Of a stretch of DNA of 64,000 nt, positions 18,539 to 29,285 are shown piece by piece. The notes beneath the pieces are model-generated. The model did no database searches. It had not been told where the DNA came from and was given only the letters and a program-made list of their open reading frames with translations. The stretch comes from Halarcobacter sp. GTDB taxonomy: Bacteria; Campylobacterota; Campylobacteria; Campylobacterales; Arcobacteraceae. A program made the position numbers and the translations under genes. How positions within the stretch are numbered: position 1 is the first letter of the stretch; each line of letters starts with the position of its first letter. The DNA is taken from contig OY781089.1 in NCBI GenBank assembly GCA_963676565.1, forward strand, positions 2,528,001-2,592,000. Direction: 5' to 3'.

Positions 18539-19738
18539 TTGGTGACAAGCAGCTGTAAAAAGTACATCTGTTGAAGAGTTAAGTGCAGTTTCCATAGAGT
18601 CTTGAACAACTCCAATTACAAAACCTATTGCAACAACTTGTAATGCTATATCATTAGATATCCCAAACAATGAACAAGCTAAAGGGATTAGAAGTAAAGA
18701 ACCACCTGCAACACCTGAAGCACCACAAGCAGCAAGTGCAGATATAACTGAAAGTAATAATGCTGTACCAATATCAACACTCATACCTAAAGTATGAACT
18801 GTTGCCAATGTTAAAACAGTAATAGTAACTGCAGCACCAGCCATATTTGTGGTAGCACCTAATGGAATTGAAATAGAATATGTATCTTCATTTAAATTTA
18901 GTTTTTTACAAAGATCAAGATTTACAGGTATATTTGCCGCACTACTTCTTGTGAAAAATGCAGTAATTCCACTTTCTCTTAAACAAGTAAATACCAGAGG
19001 GTATGGATTAGATTTTGTTTTAATAAATACAATTATAGGATTAACAATTAAAGCAATAAATAACATAGTACCAACTAATACAAGTAATAGTTTTGAATAA
19101 CTTAATAAAGCTTCAAAACCTGTTTGTGCAAAAGTATTTGCAACCAGTCCAAAAATACCAAAAGGGGCAAGTCTAATGATAAATTTTACAATTTTTGTTA
19201 TTCCTGTTGATACATCAAAAAATACTTTTTTCGTTTCCTCTGCACTATAATGCATTGCAAAACCAATAGCGATTGCCCAAACTAAAATACCAATAAAATT
19301 CCCAGTTTGTAAAGCATTTACTGGATTATCAACCATATTAAATAAAACTGTTTTTAAAACATCAATAACACTATCAGGAGGATTTAAAGCCTTTTGAGCT
19401 CCATCAATAAGTACTAAGTCAACAGAAAAAAGAAAACTTGCAATAACTGCAATTAATGCTGCTAAAAAAGTTCCTATTAAATAGAGTATAACAATGGGTT
19501 TCATACCTGTTTGAACACCTACTTCTTTTGTTGCAATAGCAGTTGCAACTAAAACAAAAACTAAAACAGGAGCAATTGCTTTTAATGCACCAACAAACAA
19601 TGTACCTAAAATTGAAAATGACATGGCTAAATCCTTTGAGACCATAGCCACCACAACACCTAATATAATACCTACAAAAATTTGTAGAACTAAATTACCA
19701 TTTGCATATTTTGCAATGATACCGTTATTACTTTGCAT
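18530..19738 (-). CDS. sstT: Serine/threonine:Na+ symporter
   Basis: [28 protein letters not shown] and ETALNSSTD motifs. Confidence 0.93.
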   Translation of the reverse strand: MQSNNGIIAKYANGNLVLQIFVGIILGVVVAMVSKDLAMSFSILGTLFVGALKAIAPVLVFVLVATAIATKEVGVQTGMKPIVILYLIGTFLAALIAVIASFLFSVDLVLIDGAQKALNPPDSVIDVLKTVLFNMVDNPVNALQTGNFIGILVWAIAIGFAMHYSAEETKKVFFDVSTGITKIVKFIIRLAPFGIFGLVANTFAQTGFEALLSYSKLLLVLVGTMLFIALIVNPIIVFIKTKSNPYPLVFTCLRESGITAFFTRSSAANIPVNLDLCKKLNLNEDTYSISIPLGATTNMAGAAVTITVLTLATVHTLGMSVDIGTALLLSVISALAACGASGVAGGSLLLIPLACSLFGISNDIALQVVAIGFVIGVVQDSMETALNSSTDVLFTAACHQKN

Positions 19739-19851
19739 ATCTAATCCTAATAATAAAATTTTAAAGTAAAGATTATATCTAAGAAAGTTTTTACTTTTTA
19801 TTATAAAAGTTATAGATTAATTGTATATTAGTTTCAGTTATGAGAATTGAT

Positions 19852-20751
19852 TTATTTTTTGAATATCAAATTTTTTAAACTTTTGTCTTCATTATTAGTT
19901 TGAAAGGTATCTAAATTTTGTAATTTTTTATGATATTTAAAACTAGGTGCATTTTCACTAAATAAATTCAATATAAAATTAGTATCTAATTCAGGGGCAT
20001 TTAAACAAGATAAAACTGTACATTCTTTATTTGCTAATTGATCTAATCTTTTTATAATCTTTTCATAATCTTTAGTTGCAGCAAAACTTCCTTTTTGAAA
20101 TGAAGGGGGATCAATAATTATAATATCATATGGCCCCTCTTTTTTTATTCGACTCCAAGATTTTAAAATATTATAAGGCAAAAATTTAACTTTTTTTGTA
20201 TTATGATTATTTAGATGATGATTTCTTCTACCTGTAGTTAATGCCCCTTTAGCCATATCAACGTTTACTACTTGTTTTGCACCACCTTCTATTGCACAAA
20301 CTGAAAAAGCACAAGTATAAGAAAAAAGGTTGAGTACATTTTTATCTTTTGAAATAGATTTTATATATTCTCTACCTACTTTCATATCAGGGAAGATACC
20401 AATATTTTGGTTTTTGAAATTTATTGAATATTTTAATGAGTTTTCAATAAGAAACTCTTCATCTTTTACTTCTCCAAAAATTACTTTAAAAAAACAGTTT
20501 TTATCATATCTTCGTTGAATAATAAAAGTAGAGTAAGCATTTAATATTGCAATTTTTTTTAATAATTCAATTATTTGATTTTCATTTTTGTTTTCTTCAT
20601 AAAAAGAAGCAAAAAAAATATTATTTATAGAATCAACCGTCAAAAAGTTTAAATCTTTATAAGAATTACCTCTTCCATGAAAAAGCCTTTTAAACTCTGG
20701 TGTCTTTTCTTTTAAATTTTTTTCTAAACAAGTTTGTAAAATATCAAACAA
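19852..20751 (-). CDS. Class I SAM-dependent methyltransferase (RlmI/YccW-like)
   Basis: RLFHGRG, VLNLFSYTCAFS and IIDPPSF motifs. Confidence 0.85.
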   Translation of the reverse strand: MFDILQTCLEKNLKEKTPEFKRLFHGRGNSYKDLNFLTVDSINNIFFASFYEENKNENQIIELLKKIAILNAYSTFIIQRRYDKNCFFKVIFGEVKDEEFLIENSLKYSINFKNQNIGIFPDMKVGREYIKSISKDKNVLNLFSYTCAFSVCAIEGGAKQVVNVDMAKGALTTGRRNHHLNNHNTKKVKFLPYNILKSWSRIKKEGPYDIIIIDPPSFQKGSFAATKDYEKIIKRLDQLANKECTVLSCLNAPELDTNFILNLFSENAPSFKYHKKLQNLDTFQTNNEDKSLKNLIFKK

Positions 20752-20793
20752 TAAAATATCCTTAAGTTTTTTTATGATTTTAGCTAAAACTTA

Positions 20794-21423
20794 CTAAGCT
20801 TTTAAGCACATCATCATAAAACCAGTAAACTGCGCGTTTTCTTTATTTAAAGATTGATGGCTGTGTTTTTTTAATTCATCTAAAAAATCTTTGTAGGCTT
20901 TATAAAACTCATAACTAGGTCTTGGTTTATAAATTATATTTTTAATTTCAAAATATTTCAAAATATTTTTTGTAGTTGTAGGTTTAACAAAATATTCTTT
21001 TTTTCTATTAAGATAATATGGAATCAACGTTATTAAGCTCCATTTAGCCAGCTGATACTTGGCTAAAATTTCAACCATATCATTTAAACCTTCTTTTTGA
21101 TTTCCATATAGAAGTTCATATAAAGCTATTGAAAACATATCTTTTTCATACATCCCCATAGATTTAATAGCATCTCTTAATTTTGGTTTCTCAAAAAGTG
21201 AAATTAAAGGAGATTTTGAAATTATTTTTGAATAATTTTCACAAATAAGTTCTGGTTGAGAGAAATTCTCTTTTTTGAAAAATTCATTAACTTCTTGGGA
21301 AAATTTCTCAGATTTAAATTTTTTTACGATTTTAATAATCTCTTCATCTTTAAAACCTTGGGGATAAGATTCTAAAAATTGAGCTTCAATATCCTTTAAT
21401 TTTTCAATAATTATTTTATCCAT
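20794..21423 (-). CDS. Conserved hypothetical protein
   Basis: 209-aa ORF with AAGG SD; no family recognised. Confidence 0.65.
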   Translation of the reverse strand: MDKIIIEKLKDIEAQFLESYPQGFKDEEIIKIVKKFKSEKFSQEVNEFFKKENFSQPELICENYSKIISKSPLISLFEKPKLRDAIKSMGMYEKDMFSIALYELLYGNQKEGLNDMVEILAKYQLAKWSLITLIPYYLNRKKEYFVKPTTTKNILKYFEIKNIIYKPRPSYEFYKAYKDFLDELKKHSHQSLNKENAQFTGFMMMCLKA

Positions 21424-21514
21424 ATTATTACCTTTATCTGTCTAAATTAAAAAATTATAACTAATTAAAGTGGTGGCTCTTAAAAATATTGCAATATGTA
21501 AGAAAGAAAATAGT

Positions 21515-21549
21515 GGAAAGGAGAAAGGGAGAGAAAAAATCTCCTTTCC
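21515..21549 (-). terminator. Hairpin downstream of torA
   Basis: GGAAAGGAGA...TCTCCTTTCC inverted repeat 5 nt past the stop. Confidence 0.55.
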
Positions 21550-21554
21550 TTTTT

Positions 21555-24047
21555 TTAACTTGGTTGTTTAAAGATAGTTAAGTCAGGGGCTTTTTTTGTA
21601 TATTTTTCAATATTTACTAAAGCTGTATTTGAACTATTTCCCATAGCAAGTTCTGATGTTGGAATATCTTTAGTTAAAAGGTTTGCATTACCATTTTTAC
21701 AAAGTGTTCCAATCTTACCTTTTTCTAAAGGATCATACCAAGCACCCTCTTGAACTCTTACAATTCCAGGTTTTAATCCATCAGTTACAATTGCACCTGT
21801 TAAGATTTCACCTCTATCATTAAATACTCTTACCACATCACCAGATTTGATACCTTTTGCTTTTGCATCTTGTGTATTAATCCAAATTGGCTCTCTGTTT
21901 GCAACTGCATATTTTTTTCTTAAACTTGTATTATTAAGTTGAGAATGCAGCCTATGACTTGGGTGTGGAGAGATTAATGCAAACTCTGCAGGTTTTTCTT
22001 CCATACCTACCCACTCAGCTGGTTCTAACCAAGTTGGATGTGCTTTACAATGTTTGTAATTCATTTTTTCTATTGTTTTAGAATAGATTTCTATTCTTCC
22101 AGATGGTGTTCCAAGTGGATTTAAAATTGGATCTTCTCTAAAATCAGCATATCTTACAAATTGTGTATTTTCATATGGAACCTCAAAAGTTATTGGTTGG
22201 TTTTTACTCCAAAACTCTCTAAATGTTGGCATTGGAAGTTTCATTTTTTGTGCTTGATTATAAGCTTTTGTATAAAACTCTTCTATCCATTGCATTTCAG
22301 TTTTATTTTGAGTATATTTTTCAAATACACCAAACTCTTTTGATAAGTCACTAAAAATTTGATAATCATCTCTTGCTTCAAATTGTTTTTTAACTGCTTG
22401 TTTCATAGGAACAATGTTAAGGTTAGAATAATCACCCGTTGCCGTAATATCATTTCTTTCATATGAAGTTGTTGTTGGCATTACAATATCTGCCATTCTA
22501 GCTGTTGGTGTCCAGAATGCTTCATTAACAACAACAGTTCTTGGTTTTTGCCAAGCTTTTAATAGTGTGTTTGTATCTTGATGATGAACAAATGGATTTC
22601 CCCCTACCCAATAGATAAAATCAATCTCTGGATAAGTAACTTTTTTACCATTAAAATCAATTGTTTTTCCTGGATTTAAAAGTGCATCTGCAATTCTTGC
22701 AACAGGGAAAGAGTATTTAGCTGCATTTCTTAACCACGCTGCTCCACCTTCATCTTTTGTAGGAGTTACATTTGCTGTAATACCACCTATAATAGCACTT
22801 TTTGCTGTTGGTGTACCACCGTTTGAATAGTGATAAGATAATCCAAATCCACCACCAGGAAGTCCTATTTGTCCAATAACTGAAGCAAGAGTTACTAACA
22901 TCCAGTGAGGTTGTTCTCCATGATGAGCTCTTTGCATTCCCCATCCAGACATAAACATAGTTCTATTATCATAGAATAGATTAGCCAATGAATTAATAGT
23001 TTTTTCATCTACTCCACAAATTTTTGATGCCCATTGAGCACTTTTTACAATGCCATCTTCTTTTCCATATAAATACTCTTTGAATTTATCAAAACCTTCT
23101 GTGTATTCTGATAAAAATTCCGCATCATATTTTTTTGCTTCTAATAGTGTATGTACCATACCCATCATCATTGCAACGTCTGTATTTGGATTTGGCGCAA
23201 TCCATTGTGCATCTAGATATTCACAAGTTTCTGTTTTAAATGGATCAATACAAATTATCTTTTTACCAGATTTTTTTAGTTCTTCAAAATATTTAAATCC
23301 ATGTTCATCACTTGAAGTCCATGCAATTTTTAAAGTTGCAAGTGGGTTTGCTCCCCATATTACTACAACTTTTGAACTTTCTAATACCACAGGCCATGAA
23401 GTTTGTTGTTCATACACTTCAAGTGTACCTAATACATGTGGCATAATTACTTGAGATGCACCTGTTGAATAATCACCTACAGTACCTGTAAATCCACCTG
23501 TTGCAGTCATAAATCTATGTAATAAAACTCTACAGTTGTGGATACTACCACTACTTTTCCAACCATAACTTCCTGCAAAAACTCCTTCGGCACCTTTTTC
23601 TTTTCTTGTTTTTTTAAGCTCTTTTGCAACTAATTTAATTGCATCATCATAAGAAACTCTAACCCATTCATCATTACCTCTTAATTCAGGTTTAGGACTA
23701 TCTGGGTTTTCTAAATAAGATTTTCTTACCATTGGATATTTTACTCTATCCTCTGCATATACTAAATCTTGTGTATAATGTTGTAATGAATTTTCAATAC
23801 CAGAAGTTTTTTGATAAGGCTCAGATTTTATCACTTTTCCATTTTTTATTGTAAGTTTTAACATACCCCAGTGAGCTGCTGTTAATATTTCACCATTTTC
23901 AACTAGTTTTGTAGAAAACTTTGCAATTGTACCTGCAAGTAATTCACCTCTTTTTGTAATTGCATCAATAAATGGAACTGTACTAAATAATGCAGCAACT
24001 CTAATAAATCCTCTTCTTTTCTGATCAATATTTTTCATTTTACTCAC
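21555..24047 (-). CDS. torA: Periplasmic TMAO/DMSO/biotin-sulfoxide reductase, Mo-bisPGD catalytic subunit
   Basis: Tat signal KRRGFI; AAHWG, SYGWKSSG, GDYSTGA and RLHSQL motifs. Substrate not determinable from sequence. Confidence 0.88.
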   Translation of the reverse strand: MSKMKNIDQKRRGFIRVAALFSTVPFIDAITKRGELLAGTIAKFSTKLVENGEILTAAHWGMLKLTIKNGKVIKSEPYQKTSGIENSLQHYTQDLVYAEDRVKYPMVRKSYLENPDSPKPELRGNDEWVRVSYDDAIKLVAKELKKTRKEKGAEGVFAGSYGWKSSGSIHNCRVLLHRFMTATGGFTGTVGDYSTGASQVIMPHVLGTLEVYEQQTSWPVVLESSKVVVIWGANPLATLKIAWTSSDEHGFKYFEELKKSGKKIICIDPFKTETCEYLDAQWIAPNPNTDVAMMMGMVHTLLEAKKYDAEFLSEYTEGFDKFKEYLYGKEDGIVKSAQWASKICGVDEKTINSLANLFYDNRTMFMSGWGMQRAHHGEQPHWMLVTLASVIGQIGLPGGGFGLSYHYSNGGTPTAKSAIIGGITANVTPTKDEGGAAWLRNAAKYSFPVARIADALLNPGKTIDFNGKKVTYPEIDFIYWVGGNPFVHHQDTNTLLKAWQKPRTVVVNEAFWTPTARMADIVMPTTTSYERNDITATGDYSNLNIVPMKQAVKKQFEARDDYQIFSDLSKEFGVFEKYTQNKTEMQWIEEFYTKAYNQAQKMKLPMPTFREFWSKNQPITFEVPYENTQFVRYADFREDPILNPLGTPSGRIEIYSKTIEKMNYKHCKAHPTWLEPAEWVGMEEKPAEFALISPHPSHRLHSQLNNTSLRKKYAVANREPIWINTQDAKAKGIKSGDVVRVFNDRGEILTGAIVTDGLKPGIVRVQEGAWYDPLEKGKIGTLCKNGNANLLTKDIPTSELAMGNSSNTALVNIEKYTKKAPDLTIFKQPS

Positions 24048-24627
24048 CTTTCATATCTTTTGCATGTTTTTGCAAAAATTGTGTTACTAAATATCTCTCT
24101 TGTTTTGGAATAGCCGTTCTATTTACCATGGCTTTAAACATACTTGGCCATTGATTAGCAGTAAATTCACCTACTGGATGTGCAGGATGACAAATTGCAC
24201 AGTTATTTTTATATAAATCTTCTGCTTTATCATATAGAGGTTTTAAATCTTTGCTTAGATTCTCATTATTTGTATATGCAGTTAAAACTACTTTTTCCCA
24301 CTCAACACCATCTTCATCTTTACTTGATGAAAGTTTTTTTACATCAAAATTTCCACTTTTGCTAAGTCCAGCAACTAAGATTCTTTTTCCCTTAACAAAA
24401 TAAATTGCATTAGATACTCCAGCTTTCATAAATCCTTCAATTTCTATTTTAGATTTATCTGAATTTTTTTCTACAATTGTAACCTTTGATGTAGGTAACA
24501 GCCTACCTTTAACAGTACTACTATCAGCAGCTTCATATAGATTTTTTACACTATTACTGTACATTGTTTCATTTGCATATAATGAAACTGACAATAAAGT
24601 CATTCCAAGAATTAAACTCGTTTTCAT
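24040..24627 (-). CDS. Monohaem cytochrome c partner of the reductase (TorC C-domain-like)
   Basis: Sec signal; CAICH; ANQWPSMFKAM; overlaps the torA start. Confidence 0.82.
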   Translation of the reverse strand: MKTSLILGMTLLSVSLYANETMYSNSVKNLYEAADSSTVKGRLLPTSKVTIVEKNSDKSKIEIEGFMKAGVSNAIYFVKGKRILVAGLSKSGNFDVKKLSSSKDEDGVEWEKVVLTAYTNNENLSKDLKPLYDKAEDLYKNNCAICHPAHPVGEFTANQWPSMFKAMVNRTAIPKQERYLVTQFLQKHAKDMKGE

Positions 24628-24654
24628 ATTTCTCCTTTATTTTTCTATATGTAA

Positions 24655-24709
24655 AGTATAAAGAAAATATGAGTTTAAATAATTGTAAAAAAGTGGGGAA
24701 AAAATGTAA
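24655..24709 (-). promoter_or_regulatory. Promoter of the cytochrome-torA operon with tandem OmpR-type direct repeats
   Basis: -10 TATACT (24655-24660); minus-strand TTACA/CCCCA/TTACA units at 11- and 10-bp spacing (24684-24709). Confidence 0.5.
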
Positions 24710-24717
24710 TTTTGAAT

Positions 24718-26370
24718 TTATTTTACTTTTATTGTAAATAAAGCTCCATTTTTAACATTTTTAGCATTGACAAAACCTTCCATATTATTTTCAATAATCA
24801 TTTTAGTCATATACAAACCAATTCCAGTTCCTTGTTTTGCATGCTTTGTTGTAAAGTAAGGTTCAAATATTGTATCAATATCTTTGAGTTGAATACCTCC
24901 TGCATTATCCATTATTTTAATTACAGTGTAAGTTTTACCAACTTTTATACTGATTTTTATTTCAGGATTTTTAATTTTTCTTAATACAAGGGCATCTTTT
25001 GCATTTGAGATTATATTTAATACAGCATGTGAGAATTCACTTGAATATCCATTTATTATATTATCTTCTTCAATATCCAATATCAAATTGATTTTATTAT
25101 TAGTTAACGAGGCATTTATAATTGCTAAAGCTTTTTTACAAGCAGTTAATACAGAAAAATCCTCTTTTTTCTTTGTTGGTTTGAAAAAGTTTTGAAAATC
25201 ACTAATTGTTGTTGACATATGTTCTGTTATTTCATTACAGATTCTAATATTCTCTAAAAGGTGCTCTTTTTTTAGACTATCATATCTTGTGATTGTCTCT
25301 AACTCCATTAAAAGAGCATTAATTTCACTTATTGGTTGTCTCCATTGATGGGCAATATTACCAATCATCTCTCCCATTGCAGCTAGTTTTGATTGTTGCA
25401 TCATGAGTTTTTCTTGATTTGTTCTTTGTTTTATTTCTTTTTGTATTTTATTTTCCAAACTATCAATCATTTGGTTCATTACATTTTTTAATACATTTAA
25501 TTCTTTAGATTTTCCTTCTTCTTTGAGCCTTTTACCAAATACCCCTTCTTTTAGATTGTCTAATGTCAATGTTGCTTCATGAATTAATTTATAATCATCA
25601 TTTAAATTCTCTTTTATTAGTTTTACTCTTTTATTTATTGCTTGGGACATTAATCCTAATTCATCTTTACTATCTATATCAATATGCAATTCACTATTGT
25701 AAGCCATAGGATTATTTAAATAGTTAAAAAACTTTTTTAATCCTTCTTGTATTGTTTCAATACCTTTTACAAGTTTCATAATAATTGTCATATCAAGAAT
25801 CAATCCAATTACACCTATAACCAATATTCCAATAATAATAAAAAGATTATTCTTATCAACACTCTTTTTTAATTGAATCAATTTTGACTCAGAACTTTTT
25901 AATTTCTCTTCTTGTGAAAGCTTTAACTGGTTAATTAATCTATAAAAACTATCTCTTTCTACAGTAGATGTATTCATAAAAGCTCCTTCATCAAAGCCAT
26001 TTAAAGAATATCTTCTTGTGGTAAGTGCTATTTTTTTATACTCATTCCAATAATTTTGATCTATTTTAGGATTCTTATCAAAATTTTCATCTAATTTTTT
26101 TATTATGGGCAAGATCTTTTTATCAATTTCATTTTTGAAACCATCATTAGGTGAAATAACTAAAGATAAAATTATTTCACGTAACATGTATAAATCTTCT
26201 ATATATAAAGTCTGAATTTTCTGTGTATCTTGAAAGTTTACAACTACACTATTAGAATTCTTAAAACTATCCTTATTTATTTTTAAAGATAGCCATCCTA
26301 TAAAAAGTAAAGATATAAGGGCTATAAAACCCAATATTAAAAACTTTTGTCTTATTTTCAAATTATTCAT
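24718..26370 (-). CDS. Membrane sensor histidine kinase
   Basis: Two TMs, periplasmic helical domain, HAMP-like region, H-box IAHQWRQP, DNAGGI and GTGIGLY. Confidence 0.92.
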   Translation of the reverse strand: MNNLKIRQKFLILGFIALISLLFIGWLSLKINKDSFKNSNSVVVNFQDTQKIQTLYIEDLYMLREIILSLVISPNDGFKNEIDKKILPIIKKLDENFDKNPKIDQNYWNEYKKIALTTRRYSLNGFDEGAFMNTSTVERDSFYRLINQLKLSQEEKLKSSESKLIQLKKSVDKNNLFIIIGILVIGVIGLILDMTIIMKLVKGIETIQEGLKKFFNYLNNPMAYNSELHIDIDSKDELGLMSQAINKRVKLIKENLNDDYKLIHEATLTLDNLKEGVFGKRLKEEGKSKELNVLKNVMNQMIDSLENKIQKEIKQRTNQEKLMMQQSKLAAMGEMIGNIAHQWRQPISEINALLMELETITRYDSLKKEHLLENIRICNEITEHMSTTISDFQNFFKPTKKKEDFSVLTACKKALAIINASLTNNKINLILDIEEDNIINGYSSEFSHAVLNIISNAKDALVLRKIKNPEIKISIKVGKTYTVIKIMDNAGGIQLKDIDTIFEPYFTTKHAKQGTGIGLYMTKMIIENNMEGFVNAKNVKNGALFTIKVK

Positions 26371-27994
26371 TTTTTAACCTTATAGGATATAGATACTCTA
26401 ATCTCTCTTTTGGAAGTTTTTCTTTTCTAATTGACCAATGATAAGGTGTGATTTTTGCATTCCATAAAGGGAAAAGTGCCATTTTAGATGGCTTGTAAAT
26501 CACCTCTTTATTTAGTGCAATTACTGTATTTACAGAAGGAAGAACTAAGGTATATGCCTTATTGTAAGAGTATAATAAAAGTTTATCAACCTCTTTTTGA
26601 AATGCTTCAGATGAAACATCAAGTTTAAAAAGTTTTTGAAACTCCTTTTCTAAATAATCATCTTTTATAATAGAGCTCCAACCTGAGTCAGGGTACAAAG
26701 TAAAAAGACCTGTCCATGGATGTCCATTCCAATCTTCATCTACCCAAACAAGTAGATCCCATTCAAACTTTTTATTTTTATTCTCAAAAAGTCTATTAAG
26801 TACAACTTTTTCATCACTTGTAACATAATATTTTAATTTAACACCATATTTTGATAATTGATACTCAATACCTTTCCACATAAACATAAATCTATCTTGT
26901 GTAACAACATTTAAAACTAAACCATTTAATATAGTTTTTAACTCTTTTTGGGAAAATCTTGATTTTCTATTTATATACTTTTTTGAAATTTCTTTTGAAT
27001 AATAAGCATTACTAGATAATAAAAAAGGAGCTTTTTTTGCCTCGTTTTTAAAAATGAACTTTATTAGTCGCTCTTGATTAATTGCATCATTTAATGCCCT
27101 TCTAACTTTTACATCCTTTAACTTTGAGTCTTTTTTTAATAAATTAAAATGTACTAAAAGATTCCCATTTGATGGGGAGATTAAAAGTTTTGCATATTTG
27201 GAATTAACTATTTCTGTCTTTTTATTAAAAGGGATATAAGCTATATCTAATTCACCCTCTTTTTTTGATATCTTATCAATAACCTCTTTATTAGTTAATT
27301 GAGTAAATATCGTTACTTTTTCTATATAAGGTATATCTTTTTTAAAATAATAAGAATTTGCTCTTAAAACTATTTTTTCACTTTGTTCTAATCCTGTTGC
27401 ATACCCTTCTTCTAAGATATAAGGCCCTACCCCATACAAACCTACACCTTTTGTATTTTGTGCAGTATAGCTTGGTCTCCAATTATATTTTTTATAATAC
27501 GCATTTGTATAAAAATTTATTACACACAAATCATTTAATAACATACCATAAGGTTCATTTAGATGAATTCTTATTTTATAATCATCTATTTTTTCAACAT
27601 AATTTAAAGCCTTATGTATATTACTATATAAGAAAGGCCCTTTCATAAAGTGTTTAAAATTCTCAACTACAGAGTCTGCATCAAATTTTGAACCATCTTG
27701 ATATTTTACATTATCTCTTAGCCAAAAATCATATGTCAAATCATCAATTTTTTTATGTTTATAAGCTAGATAATATTCCCATCCTTTATTAGAATCACTC
27801 AAACGAACTAAAGTCCCATTTATCAAACTTAGTATATTAAAATAAGGAAGTGTAGGCATATATACTTTTATATGGGAATTTTTGACTCTATGGTTTATTG
27901 CAATACTTTTTGAATCATCATGTTTATAACTTATTGCTTCAAGGGCAAATAAAAAATTACTTGTTAAATAGAATAAAACAATGAGTCTAAACAA
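26363..27994 (-). CDS. Family 5 (DppA/NikA-like) periplasmic solute-binding protein with no adjacent permease
   Basis: Signal peptide; FWLRDNVKYQDGSKFDADSV, GVGPY and DVKVRRALN motifs. Confidence 0.8.
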   Translation of the reverse strand: MFRLIVLFYLTSNFLFALEAISYKHDDSKSIAINHRVKNSHIKVYMPTLPYFNILSLINGTLVRLSDSNKGWEYYLAYKHKKIDDLTYDFWLRDNVKYQDGSKFDADSVVENFKHFMKGPFLYSNIHKALNYVEKIDDYKIRIHLNEPYGMLLNDLCVINFYTNAYYKKYNWRPSYTAQNTKGVGLYGVGPYILEEGYATGLEQSEKIVLRANSYYFKKDIPYIEKVTIFTQLTNKEVIDKISKKEGELDIAYIPFNKKTEIVNSKYAKLLISPSNGNLLVHFNLLKKDSKLKDVKVRRALNDAINQERLIKFIFKNEAKKAPFLLSSNAYYSKEISKKYINRKSRFSQKELKTILNGLVLNVVTQDRFMFMWKGIEYQLSKYGVKLKYYVTSDEKVVLNRLFENKNKKFEWDLLVWVDEDWNGHPWTGLFTLYPDSGWSSIIKDDYLEKEFQKLFKLDVSSEAFQKEVDKLLLYSYNKAYTLVLPSVNTVIALNKEVIYKPSKMALFPLWNAKITPYHWSIRKEKLPKERLEYLYPIRLKNE

Positions 27995-28664
27995 ATTTGT
28001 ACCCTATTCCTGAGAGATTTGAAATAAAATCCTTTGGCAATTTCTTTCTTAAATTTTTCACTAATGATCGTAAGGCATTATCTGTCATCACACTATTTTG
28101 CCATACTTCATCTTGTAATTGTTTATAATAAACTATATTATTTCTATTCTTAAATAATAACTCAACAAAAAGTATCTCTTTTTTTGTCAAGGAAATTAAC
28201 TCTTCATTGTGTAACAATATTTTTTGATTCCAATCATATTTATAACCATAAGGAAGCTCTTTTAAATAAAATTTTGAATCAGAAAATAATTTTTGACAAT
28301 CTTCTAAGGCATTAATGAGTTTTTCCAAATTTATTGGTTTTATAATATATTTTTCTATATGCATATCAATTAGTTCTAACAAATATTTTTCACTTGTATG
28401 AGCGGTTATAACTATAATACATATATCATTATTCTTTTGTCTAAGTTCTTTTATAAACTCTATACCATCCATACCAGGCATTTCCAAATCAGTAATAATT
28501 AAATCTGGAGTAAAGGATTTTAATTTTTCTAATGCTTCTACACCATTTGCTGCTTCTTCAACTTCTGCAACAATATACTCTAAGGATGAGACTGTTTTTT
28601 TTCTAATTAACTCTTCATCTTCAACAAATAAAACTTTTATTTGTTTCAATACTTTATTATGCAT
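27987..28664 (-). CDS. OmpR-family response regulator
   Basis: VEDE, TDLEMP and KP receiver motifs; winged-helix LRKKL...GIGY. Confidence 0.92.
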   Translation of the reverse strand: MHNKVLKQIKVLFVEDEELIRKKTVSSLEYIVAEVEEAANGVEALEKLKSFTPDLIITDLEMPGMDGIEFIKELRQKNNDICIIVITAHTSEKYLLELIDMHIEKYIIKPINLEKLINALEDCQKLFSDSKFYLKELPYGYKYDWNQKILLHNEELISLTKKEILFVELLFKNRNNIVYYKQLQDEVWQNSVMTDNALRSLVKNLRKKLPKDFISNLSGIGYKFV

Positions 28665-28740
28665 ATTTATATTTCCTTAAAAATAATCAAAATCAAATCT
28701 TTTTATAAAACATCCATTTTATATTTAAAATTATTAACAA

Positions 28741-29223
28741 TTAGTAAAACCTATACATTTGTACATCAATAATTTCATATTCAAAAACTTGGTTATTTAT
28801 AGAAAATTCAAATTCTTCACCTAATTCTTTTCCAAGTAAAACCTTACCTAAAGGTGATTTATTTGATATCATATGTTTATTTGGATTTGTTTCAAAAGTA
28901 CCTACAATTATAAAAGTTTTTTCCTCTTCGCTATCTAAATCTAAAACTTTAACAACTGAGCCAAAATTTACTTTTGTATGGGGGATTTTTGTAGTATCAA
29001 CTACGGTAGAATTATTAATAATTTTTTCTAAAAATCTTAATCTTTTATCAAGATTTCTAATCATCTCTTTAGCTGAAATATATTCTGCATTTTCACTTCT
29101 ATCACCATGCTGTGCAGCTATCTCTTTTTCTTTTACCCAAAAAGGTTTTTCAACCTCAGCTAATTGCTTAAACTCTTTTACGAATCTTTTATATCCAAAT
29201 TCTGTTATTAACTCTTTTTGCAT
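28741..29223 (-). CDS. GreA/GreB-family transcription elongation factor
   Basis: HGDRSENAEY and SPLGKVLLG motifs. Confidence 0.9.
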   Translation of the reverse strand: MQKELITEFGYKRFVKEFKQLAEVEKPFWVKEKEIAAQHGDRSENAEYISAKEMIRNLDKRLRFLEKIINNSTVVDTTKIPHTKVNFGSVVKVLDLDSEEEKTFIIVGTFETNPNKHMISNKSPLGKVLLGKELGEEFEFSINNQVFEYEIIDVQMYRFY

Positions 29224-29285
29224 TTGATATTATATCTAAAATACTCCTTTGTATTTTGCAAAGCTTTGCTATACTTCCAAGTAAT

